From Gnetum montanum (lineage: Eukaryota > Plantae > Gnetophyta): 64,000 bases of DNA. The notes under the pieces were generated by a model. That model ran no database searches, was not told the DNA's origin, and saw nothing but the letters and a program-made list of their open reading frames with translations. The DNA is taken from assembly GCA_015680685.1 (NCBI GenBank), contig MNCI01000736.1:62001-126000 (forward strand), read 5' to 3'. Both the position numbers and the translations under genes were made by a program. Numbering within the stretch: the stretch's first letter is position 1; each line of letters opens with the position of its first letter. This document shows, piece by piece, positions 13,638 through 25,880 of the stretch.

Positions 13638-13811
13638 TATAAAACTTACTATAACATCATAATATCACTAAATGAACATTTCACACACATATAAAACTTA
13701 CTATAACATCATAATATCACTAAATGAACATTTCTCACACACATACACACGCATGCACACGCACACACACGTGCATGCACGCACATACACGTGCACACGT
13801 GCACACACACA
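13638..13811. repeat. 52-bp tandem duplication followed by a (CA/CG/TG)n purine-pyrimidine microsatellite
   Basis: TATAAAACTTACTATAACATCATAATATCACTAAATGAACATT occurs twice (13638, 13690); CACACACATACACACGCATGCACAC... runs to ~13811. Confidence 0.85.
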
Positions 13812-16800
13812 TTAAAAAAAAAAACAAATCTTATAGATCATTTATAAATATAATCTAGTAGAGGAAAAATAAATAACAAAATACAATAATACATAATCTA
13901 TTCTATAGCAAGATAAGTACCAAAATGTATGTTTGTATCATACAAGATTAATCATAACTAAAAATTCCAACAAACAGGAAAAATAATAATTCTACATCTA
14001 CCAAAAATAAGAGCTTGGTTTGGTTGTTTTCCATTACTATATCTATAGAGTTTGGGTAGACTTTGATGGTGATTAAGTGAGAATAATTATTAGAGAATAA
14101 ACTTTACTAATTAGTATGGCTAAATCACCATTGAAGTTTGCACTAAATTATTATCCATAGTTAGTTGGTCATTAACCAAACAAATTCTCATTTAATTTAT
14201 CAATCTAATAAGAATTCATTTATATAATTTATGTTCTCATCACTTCATCGATTTTGGATTATTCAATCATGATTCTATATAGAGTTTCATCCATAGTTGT
14301 TGTGTTATTATTATACTCAAGTTTTATCCAAGGAAAATTCGCTTTCTTCCTTTGCTATCTAGATTATTTAGAATGTGTGTTAGAATCTTGGCATAACAAT
14401 GGTAGCTAGAAGTATTCATGTAAGAAATGTTAGGAATGTTGTTGTACAATAATTTTTAAGGGGATCTATCTTTGTTTGTAATTCTAACAACTTAATTTAT
14501 GATGTATGTGATGATGCTTATGATCATGTAATATCTAGTACAATCATCCATAATTATCATGAAATAGATGGCTCATATAATTTATGTATGAAGTTTGTGT
14601 ATATAAAATAATGTTTTGTAGCATGCAAGAGTGGTTTTGGAGAACTTAGGGTTTAATGTTGGCTATTAAACATGTCCTCGGCGTGCCTACTCATAGAAAA
14701 GATCATACTAATAATAGGTTACTTAAAATTCCAATCTTGTAGCATGCATGACATTTGTACTTCATGTTGTCCCAAGGATAATATAGGTCAATGTTGTGTT
14801 AGATGCTTGACATCCAAACCAAATAGCATGCATTATATATGGGAAGGATTCTGGGCTTTAAAAAACTAAATCATTGTTTATATATTTTAAGTTAGACAAA
14901 AGTTACATGTTATCTATATTTCTAGAAGATACATATAGTTCCATAATTCTCATTTTGGTATATTTATTCCTCTACCTCCAATCCTTCTTAAAATAGAACA
15001 AATGAGAGATGATTCAAGTGGTTATCTTAGATAAGGATTTTTCAATAATATGTCTTGGAAAGCTATGGATTCTAACAAAGTTTTGTTATGTCTTGGAAAT
15101 AAATATAGTAAAATGTTATAGTTTTATGTTTGTTATATATCCAAGGTGTGCATATAGCCATTTAATTTTGGTTCTAAGAAATCACCCCCTCATGTATTGG
15201 GGGTATATTTAGTAAAACAAGTTTTTGGTTGTATTACCTCATATAGTTAACAAAACATTTTTAATTTCTACTAAGAATTATATCCTTAGTAAATAAATTC
15301 ATATTAATTTGATCAAAATTTGAGGTCAAGTTGATGTTTAGTAAGCACCATGGGAATGCCCATGTACATTGTCTAATTGGATTTCTATTCATATGTGTAA
15401 AAAAAATGTTTGATAAATATCATATGTTACAATTGGAAGATGGTAATATGGAAAATTTCAAAAGAAAATGATACGAAAAGTACCTACAAAATGAGAAAAT
15501 CACAAATAACATAATATAAAAGATGATGAGTTGGAATTTATAAAATGTATATCTAAAGATAAAAATGAGGCAAATAGTTGTAAGCATCATCTATAAATTG
15601 AATTAAAAGATAATAGAGAAGGCACCTTATCTTAAGCCTTAGTTTGGATTTAATTAAATAGGATAAGATATCCTCTTTAAATTTTTCTTAGCCACATCAT
15701 TGCTTCAATATTGATAGCTAGGTAGTGATATAATTATAGTAATAATTTAAATTTAGGTTCAATAAATGATGTTTTAACTATGAAAAGGATTAGTGGTAAA
15801 ACCATAAACATTTAAAATACACATTCCATGATCAATTATCTCTTGCCTAGATTTATTTTAATGAAAATTTGTAATATACATTTCATGTTTAAGCCTCTGT
15901 GTCATTTGGTATTATCCTAATGATAACCCTTTTTTGAAAACCATGATCTCTCATTGAATAAATATGTCATGCTAATCATCCATACTCCACCTTGCTTCCA
16001 TCACCCATACACTACAAGTAAAATATATTTCTTGCACAATTATGTGTGAACACTATTTAGTCAATTTACATCTCTATATTGTGTTTTGTTATAAATTAGG
16101 ATATATCCTATAGCTGTACTTCCATGTAAATATAGTTTTAGTTAAATTACACATGTAATTGCATTAGCAGATGTGGATTCTAAGTTGTAGGATCCCAAGA
16201 AGAAATATATAGATTATAGAAGTTTCTATATTGTAATCATTAGTGTTAGTATGAACTAGTAATATTAGGTAATGTAGACTTATATGTACTGAGAATGTGT
16301 CTCACTCAGTTTTTATACGATAAGAAAAATGATGCAAGATTAGGATGTACAAGTCAAAGAGGACCACATAATTATAGAAATGATTTAGTCCTAATTAAAA
16401 TTTTTCTTATATATTTTGGAGCCAAATGAATATGGTTAAATAGTTCTTGATATACGAAAGAGTTGTTAACGTAATAATTCCTTAAGTAGGCATGCCATAT
16501 AGTCCAATTTGTTATGGTTGTATATATTTAATGCATAATAGATCTATAGCTTTGTTATGATTGATGTATACTATATATTCCTATATTAATGGCTTATTAA
16601 TGTTGGTATTGTAGAATAGTCCCTTTCTATCAAATTATGATTATTCTTGTTGGTAGCTATGGTATGTTAATATTATATCTCTCGATGATATTATTCATCG
16701 TTATCCTTGATTGTTCTTTAATTTCTTCTTTTAAATGAATTTTCAAAAATTCATAATTCAGGATTATATGAAAGACGAAAGCAAGATTCCTTGTAAAAAT

Positions 16801-17040
16801 TAATATTTTCTTATATATTTCATCTTAATATCTAAATGTACCCATAAATTTTAGAATAGATCATATAAAGTGTAAAAGATATCCCATTCAAGGTTGCACA
16901 TCTGAGCTACTCATAATCTAGGATCTTTTAATTATTGGGAATAAATGAGAAAACTAGTATCCTTTTCACTAGTACGCATTGAAATATGGATGCATACTTC
17001 AATAAAATGAGTAAAATGAAAAAATAGCAGAGGGAGAGGT

Positions 17041-20000
17041 TGTTGATATTTTGGTATGTCAAAACCCTAGAGAAAATGAAGAATATGAAAATTTGTTTTT
17101 AGTTTTATAGGATCATAAATGAGCAAGGAATTTCAAACGAGAGTTGAATTTAAAAAAAAAAAGATCTACATTGAGATGTTGTTATGAGGACTACATGGGC
17201 AAGATGAGAGCATGGATGAAAATAAAGACTACAAATCAAATGAATAAGGTAAATTGATTGGAGAAAGCCTCAAAATTCTAAGCTCAAAAGTTGAGGAGAC
17301 ATCTCCTAGAAACAATAGACATCTACATTCAAACATAGATGTCTCCCTGGAGACGTTCCATTTTCCAGTGAAACATCTCTCCCAAATTAAGGCCAATATC
17401 AAGTAGATGTATCTACTTCAAAGAAGATGTCTACACTTGCCATTGGGTAGCTATTGCATGAATTCCAAGGATTTTTTAGAAACTCCGAGGTTATAAGAAG
17501 ATATCAAATTCTTGGAAATTGTGTAAGCATTGTTAATAACAAAAGAAATCATTGCCATATCTATGCTATTGTACTCTTTTTCTTCATTGTAACATCATTT
17601 TCTTGGTTGTGTTTTGAATTGAGCTTCAACAACAAGAACTTGTAATTTTAGTTACATTCTTTTATTGTCTTTTTCTTTTACTTGTTGGCCTATGGGGTTG
17701 ATGTGCTTTTTTCTAGAAGGCATCCTCATTGAGCTTGTTGGGAGCCTATGGGGTTGAGTGGTTTTACAGTGTTAAAACACTCTAAAGTGGAGCTTAATTT
17801 TGTAAAGGTTGTAAGATTTTTGAAATCACATTTTGAGCTTTTTGGGACCTTGTAGGGTTGAGTGGTTTTACAGCAAAAAAACACTTCAAAGTGAAGCTTA
17901 GAGCTTGTATAGGATATGATGCCCTTCAAACCACATTTTGAGCTTGGTGGGACCTTATGGTGTTGAGAGACATCATAACAATGAAACTCTCCATAGTAGA
18001 GCTCAAATCTTATAAAGGTTGTGGTGTCTACTAAATCACATTTTGGAAGAAACAAAATCTAGAGGTGTGCATGGATTCTACCCTCCAAGTATGGATGTAC
18101 CCAATTTGGGGAGCCACATAAAATTTAGTGTATTCATGTGGATAGTGTAATTTTTAATTGGGAAACTTATTCCCCTCTCCTTCTAAGTTCTCAATCCTGA
18201 AGTGGTATTGGTGCCTAGTACTCTTGGATTTGAGTGGAATAGCTTAAGAGTGAAAAATGGAATGAGGATCATACATCAAGTCACCAACGTTCAATGGGAT
18301 TACCTTTACATTCTAGAAGACTCATATGCAAAAATTATTTAAGTATGTGAGGTTCATATTTTTGGTATTCATCTTGGATGGATGCACTCAACTCATCAGT
18401 AGCATTTTGGGTAGCAAAGATAAGAGTAGAGGTAAGCAATATAAACTTTCAAATTTTGATACTTTTTCTATGGAATGCTAGATATGGGATGGAAGAGACC
18501 ATATGACCTTTGAATTCCTTAATGCTTATACGTTTCAAAAGAAAGAGTATAGTGAAGAAAGGAGAAGAAGTAACATCCATACAAGTTGGGATGATGAAGA
18601 GGAATCAACTCAAGAAGATAAAAAGACAAAAAATATCTACACTAGTTGGGATGATAAAGATCAAAGTGACGAAGAGGTATATGACACCTCAAAATATTCA
18701 CATGTCATCTATATGGTTCTCATAGATGATGATGTTGGGCTTTCTAATGATGATGATCAAATTGAAATTAATGAAGAAAGGTATGACCTTTTGTGTAAGG
18801 AACTTCTATCTTTTCAAAGTCTCTGTTTAAAGTTAGATAAGAAACTAAAAATAAAGGATCAAGATATTTATACACTAAATATAAAGATTTTAGATCTCAT
18901 AAAATAAATCTTAAACCTAAGGGCTGTGAATGAAAAAGTAACCTTGTCTTATGAGTAGGCTAAAGAAGAACTTACAGATATGAAACTTATAAATGAAAGG
19001 TTGGTCAAAGGAAAAGAATCTCTTTGAATAGTTCTTGGACAAGGAAGGAGTTCAAATGATAAAAGTGGACTAGGATGCTACCAACAAGAACAAGTGTTCT
19101 CAACAACCTCAATTGAATAAGAGACCACTTGAAAAGTTGAGGTAACTACTAGCACTACAAGTAACCAAAGGGTAAGTCTAAGGTTTGATCACTTTAATCA
19201 CAATAGAAAGGTTAGATGTTATTACTATAATAGGTTTGGGCATAAGAAATGGAATTACAATTTAAAATATTATCACATGGACACCTAATCATATCATAAG
19301 ACTCCTTGTTCTTACCCAAATGCACCTAGAAAAGAAATCTTGTAGGGAAAAAAGGAATGAATGGAAAATCAAAAGGGGTTTAGAACAAAAAGGTGTGGAG
19401 AATCAAGCAAAAATAAGGAAGTAAAAGATATCTCAAGAATTTTTTGAAAGGAAGAAAGACATTAGAAATAAAAGAAATTGGTTTGAAAGGAAGAACTTCA
19501 AAAGAAAAACCTTAGTTCCAATGTCCTTAGACATCTTGATCTCCATCAGCAAGCAAGGTAAGTAATGGTAAGTATAGTTATAATCCTTACACCTTTACTT
19601 GATTAGATTATACTAGATTAGTTTATTTCTATGGTTGAATGGAAGCTTATGCTGCTTTTAAAGTTTCTATTGATAAATAATCTTTTGGATTCTTAACTAG
19701 AATGTATTAGTTTCAAGTGGTTAAAAACCCTTGACTATAATTCATGGATCAAAATAATTTTGTTAAACATTCATTGCCATTTAAACATATATGTCTTGTG
19801 TTTCGTATGATATGGCATTGTTGCTTCCCTATAAAATAATAAAGTGCAATTTCTTTTAGAAGATTTTTTATGTATGATAATTGAAGCATTTAAATTGATA
19901 CCTTTAATGTAATTCTTGTATCTTCTGATAAAAGAAACATTTCAAAAGGAATTCCTTAAGCATATGAATTATTTGTTATCTTTACCATAAAGTACTATTA

Positions 20001-22823
20001 ATATGAGGCCTTGCTCTCAAAAGTCTCCAAACTTGATCTTGATATGGCACTCCAAATTTATGGAAACATCACCTAGTCCTCATATAATTCTAAATGAATG
20101 TGTGATTTTTATGTATGTTTTTCTTGTGTTGATTTTCTTTATAATGATTTCAAGGTATTTTTCCATGTTTGAGGGGTGTTTTAGACTTATTTTGACAATT
20201 ATACAAGGCTTTGGAGGATATGGGAACCTTTTTGAAGATGTCTAGAGGTTCTAAATCTTGAAACAAGCAGCTTTACTTTTGGCCTTGGTCGGATAGATGT
20301 CTACTCTAATAGTTAGATGTTTCAATTGTATTTGAGACATCTCCTCTTGAAAGTAGATATCTCAGAAGATAGATGGGAAAAGTAACCCATGAATGGACAC
20401 TCAAGCAATGGATGCATTACAAAAGTTGAAGATTGTAGTTACTATTGTGATTTTTGGATCTTCAATGACCAATTACATAGTCCTTTCCTTTCAAAAAGAA
20501 TTCCTTGTTAACTATCTAGGAAGAAATTGATTGTAATAAGTGTTAAAAATATTTGAATCTTATTCTTTAAAAGATATCATTAATGGGAGACCTTAGTCTC
20601 CATACTTGATCTTAGATTTTCTATGTAGCATGAAGATCCTAAGAGCCTTAAGGGGAGAATACAAATCTCTCTATAATAGATGCATTATGGCCAAAGAGAC
20701 AAGGATGAAATACAGGCATGCATGCAAGGGAAGTCTATACCTTATGAACAATTGCCATCTTATAGGCCACCAATGTAAAAAGATTCTTTTGAGACTTTGA
20801 CCAAAAGACACTCAAGTAGCAAGATTTTCCACTTCAACCTCCACTGCTGAAAATGATCAAGAAGAGGCCTATTCATTTTGGAGTATGGTAAATTATCCAT
20901 GGTAAAAGTATTAGTTAATTTTAGTTAAGATATCTTTTGGATATTTTTCCTTGTGATGTATTTCTTGGTGTTGGTATTTAAAATTGACATGGCTATATAC
21001 AAATTGATTTATGGACATCTTTTTAAGGATATGTTTAGTTGTTTTTAAATATGAATGTATTTACTTTCCTTATCATAGAACTTCTATGCTTTATCTTTTT
21101 TTTGTTGATATTTCAAAAGGAGGAGAATATTGGATGATTATAGAACTATGAGATATTGGTTATTTGTTACTAATGGCTTATTGGCTCAAAGATAAGTTAC
21201 ATGTTTTTCAATGCTTGAACTTTAAAATTTAGTCTTTGAATATCAACTAAAAGGATTGGATCTATTGTACCTCATTATTTCCAACCTTATTTATGAATAG
21301 ATATAGGGCAGATCTTAATGAAATTTGGTTTTTCATCATCAACCTATGAAATCAATACTTAAGGATATATACTAAATGTTTTATAACTTAGCTAAATGTT
21401 TGTATCTTTGTGAGATTGTCATATGATGATATGCAGCTATGGTGGAACTTTATTGAGGATTATGGTTGGTTCTTATTTTTTCTCTAGCCTCTTTTTGGAT
21501 GCTATCCAAAAAGGGAGAGAGAGTAGAGTATTTAATTAGAATCTTAGGCATGGTAACTTTATATATTCTATTGATGAAATAGCTTTCTCATATCTATGTG
21601 TTACATACTAACCCATTTTCTTAAGTTTTGGACATTATCAAAAAGGGGGAGGTTGTTGACCTTTTGATATGTCAAAACCTTAGAGAAAATGGAGGATATG
21701 GAAATGTGTTTGTAGTTTAGTAGACCATAAATGGTTAAGGACTTTAAAATAAGATTTGAGTTTGAAAATGAGATCTACATAGAGATTTTATTTTGAAGAC
21801 TATATGGGCAAGATGAGAACATTGAAAAAAACAAAGACTACAAATTAAATGAAGATTCTCCAAGGACTAGCAAGAAGGTAAATTGATAGGAGAAGGCCTC
21901 AAAAGTCTACACTCAAAAGTTGAGGATATGTCTTTTAAAAATAGTAGACGTATACATTCAAGAATAGGTGTCTCCCTAGAGATGTACCATTTTCCAGTGA
22001 GATGTCTCTTCCAAATTGAGGGTAATCTTAGGTAGATATCTCTACTTTGAAGAGGACATCTACACTAGTTGTTTGGTTGCTATTGCATGCATTCTAAGGT
22101 GTTTTCAGAAACTCCAAGGTTATAAGAAGATACCAAATTTTTGGGAATTGTGCACTCTTAATAAAAAAGCAATCATTGTCATATCTATGCTATTGTACTT
22201 TTGTTCTTCATTGTAACATCATTTTCTTGGTTGTATGTTGAATTGAGCTTTACTGACAAGAAATTATAATTTTAGTTACATTCTTTTCTTGTATCTTTTT
22301 CTTTGTCTTGTTGCCCTGCAGGGTTGATGTGCTTCTTGCTAGAAAGCATCCTCATTGAGATTATTAGGACCTTGTAGGGTTGACTAATTTTGTAGCACCA
22401 ACTCACTTTAGAGTAGAGCTTAATTTTGTAAAGGTTGTGGGATCCTTGAAACCACATTTTGAGCTTGTTGGGACCTTATGGGATTGAGTGGTTTTATAGT
22501 GAAAAAACACTCCTAATTGAAGCTTAGATTTTATATAGGATGTAGTGCCCTTCAAACCACATTTTTAGCTTGTTGGGACCTTACAAGGTTGAGAGATTTT
22601 GCAATGATAAAGCTTTCCATAGTAGAGCTCAAATCTTATAATGGTTGTGATGTCATCTAAACCACATTTTAGAAGAAACAAAGTCTAAAGCTATGCATGG
22701 ATTCTACCCTTTGAGTGTGGATGCACCCAAGTTGGAAAACCATGTAAAATTTGGTATGTTTGTGTGGCTGGTGGAATTTTTAATTGGAAAACTTATTTCC
22801 CCTTTTTAATTTTTTAATCCTCA
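17041..22823 (+). mobile_element. Sirevirus-like Ty1/copia element, non-autonomous (gag only)
   Basis: LTRs 17041-18200 and 21654-22823; perfect TSD GAGGT; degenerate Met PBS TGGTATTGGTGCC at 18203; three PPT-like tracts (~21117, 21507, 21640 AAAAAGGGGGAG); gag remnants but no pol motifs. Confidence 0.85.
18255..19270 (+). pseudogene. gag: Copia/SIRE gag relic
   Basis: GSYIKSPTFNGITFTF*KTHM (PPxFxG.x.W-like N-terminus), acidic WDD repeats, a coiled coil, GRSSNDKSGLG, and a decayed zinc knuckle RCYYYNRFGHKKWN. Confidence 0.65.
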
Positions 22824-24079
22824 GAGGTTACATGGCTATGAAACCCATTGAAATGAGTTATTGATCTTGTATCTAAGTGATTAAATTTCATATAATGAAT
22901 TTTTTAATACATATACTATTAGAATAATTACATAATCTAGCAAAATTATTATCATATCTCTATACATCATAGAATATGTCATATGAATTGTAAATAGATA
23001 TCTCATTTAAGATTTCTCATCTGAGCAACACATAATCTAGGAACTCTTAATTATGAAATATGACGAAGAAAATTAGTATATTTTTCTCTTTTATGTATTC
23101 AATTAGGGATGTATCATTCAATAAAATATTTCAAATGAAAAAAACATCCTTGGTAGAGTCGTGAAACTCATTGAAATAAGCTATTGATTTTATATATGAG
23201 TGACCACCTTTCATATAATGATTTTTTGTTTCATACATATACTATCTGAATAATAACATAATCTAGTAAAATTATCCCTATATATTCATACATAATAGAA
23301 TATGTCATATACATTGTAGATAGGTGTCTCATTCATGGTTGCTCCTTCGAGCAACCCATAATCCAATAATGCTCAATTATAGATTATGAACAACAATACT
23401 AGTATTCTTTCACCTGTATGCTTTCAAATAAGGATGTATCCTTCAATATCATATGTAAAATAAAAAAAAATCACCCATGGGAGAGGTTGCATGATTATGC
23501 AACTTGTCAAAATGAGCTATTAATTCTATATATGAGTGACTGCATTTCATATAATGATTTTTTATTTCATATGAATAGTGTTAGAATAATAACATAATCT
23601 AGAAAAATGATCTTGATATCTCCATAAATCATAGAATATGTCATATAAATTCCAGATATGTGTCTCGTTCAAGGTTAGTTGTCTAAGAAATCCATAATTT
23701 AGGATCTCTTAATTATTAAGAATGAACTAGAAAACTTGTATCCTTTTCTTTTTTATGCATTGAAATAGGGACATATCCTCTGATTTAATATGTGATACGA
23801 AGAAACAATAATGGGATAGGTTGTAGAGCTATGCAACCCATTAAAATGGGCTATTGATTTTGTATATGAGTGCCTCAATTTCATATTGAAATGAATTTTT
23901 GTTAAATATGAATACTATTATAATAATTACATAATCTAGTAAAATTATCTTGATATCTCCATATATAATAGAATATGTCATATAAATTATGGATCGACAT
24001 CTCATTCAAGATTTCTCAGCCAAGTAATCCATAATCTAGGAATCCTAAATTATGGAAAATATGTAAAACTAAATAACAC

Positions 24080-25880
24080 CAGTCCATGCATGTTGCACTT
24101 AGGATTACCTATTTCGTAAAATTATTTTCATGGTGCATGATGAATGAATGTAATGAAGATTAATTTTTTGAGGATGCATGACCATGGATATTTTCATTAT
24201 ATATGATATATCACCTAGACATATTCATGTGGGTATCATGGTTTCATTCTTAGGATTTCACATCCATGCATGTTCTTGTCCTATGGGAGGAGAAGCATTT
24301 CACAATTGGTATCCTTGTCAAATAGTGAGGTTTCTCATCCATGCATGATCTAGTTTGAGATGATATATATCTTAGACCAATTCATGGGGTAGACTATTCC
24401 GACTAGGTATCATGGTTCCATCATGAGGTTTTCTAGTCCATGCATGTCCTTGTTTCATGTTAGAAGAAATATTTCATGCTTGTTATTCTAGTTATATACC
24501 TAAGGTTTCTTGTTCAAAAATGATCTCATTTAATATGATATATCTTCTAGATCATTTTTCGCTAGGTATCATTATTTTTTTTCTTTGGATTACACTTTTG
24601 TGCATGATTTTCATGGTGTATGATAAATGAATGTAATTAGGGATAATTCCTAGAAATGAATAACTATGCATGTTCCTGTTAGATCCGATATATCACCTAG
24701 ACCAATTCATGTAAGTATCATGGTTTTATTCTTAGAGTTACATGTCCATGCATGTTCTCATCTTATGAGAGGAGAAACATTTCATGCTTGGTATCCTGGT
24801 TAACTACTTAAGGTTTCTTGTATGTGAATGATCCCATTCAAAATGATATATCTCCTAGATATTTTATGCTTGGTATCATGATCCTATCCTATGGGTTTCA
24901 TGTTCATGCATGATTTCCATGTGCATGATGAATGAATATAACCAAGGTTAATTCATGGAGGATATACAACTATGCATGTTTCCTTTAGATATGATATATC
25001 ACCTAGACCAATTTACATGGCTATCATGACTCATCCTTAGGGTTGCTCATCCATGCATGTTCCCATCCTAAGTTAGGAAACATATTTTATTTTTGATATC
25101 CTAGTTGAATCTTAGAGGTTGCATGATTGTGCATGATCCTATTTGAATGATATATCTTCTATATGAAATCACATGGCTAGGTATGATTAGATAAATGTGA
25201 AGACAGTTCCTGCTCAGTATTATGGTTTTGTTCTTAGGGTTTCACTTTTGTGCATGTTCCCATGCTATGAGAGGAGAAAAATTTAGTGCTTGGTATCTTG
25301 GTTAAATACCTAAGGTTTCTCATTTTTTGATGACCACATTCAATATGATATATCTTCTAGATCACTCTTGCTAGGTATCATGTTCTTGACCTATGGGTTA
25401 CACATTCATGCATGATTTCCATTGTTCATGATGAATGAATGTAACAAGGGTTAATTCTTGAAGGATGCATAACCATGCATGTTCCCTTTTAATATGATAT
25501 ATCACATAAACCAATTTACATGGGTATCATGGTTCTTTCCTTAGGGTTTCACATTTGTTCATGTATCCATCCTATGTTAGGAGAAATATTTCATTCTTTG
25601 TATCGTGACTAAATCTTGGAGGATGCACAACCATGCATGAGCCTATTCAAAATGATATATCTTATATACAGATTTACATGGTTACATCTAATTAGATAAA
25701 TATGGAGGCCATTCCTTCTCAGTATCATGGTTTCAACATGGGGGTTTCATATCCATGCGTGTCCTCCTCTTATGCAAGGAAAAATATTTCATGCTTGGTA
25801 TCTTGGTTAAATCCTGGAAGATGCATGACTATGCATGATCTTGTTCTAGATGATATATCTTCTAGACTAGATCATCAGGT
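24080..25880. repeat. Complex degenerate satellite with ~150-200-bp subunits
   Basis: TGATATATC, GGTATCATG and CCATGCATG recur about 11 times at 149-197-bp spacing; a higher-order marker GTGCATGATGAATGAAT occurs at ~24133, 24616, 24921 and 25424. Confidence 0.8.

Larger units (their letters stand above)
16850..24060. repeat. ~335-bp degenerate tandem array (~4 copies) interrupted by the copia element
   Basis: AGAATATGTCATAT recurs at ~22971, 23297, 23633 and 23970, with a partial unit at 16850-17040. The empty-site unit GGGAGAGGTTGCATGATTATGCAAC (~23480) matches the joined flanks of the insertion. Confidence 0.8.
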
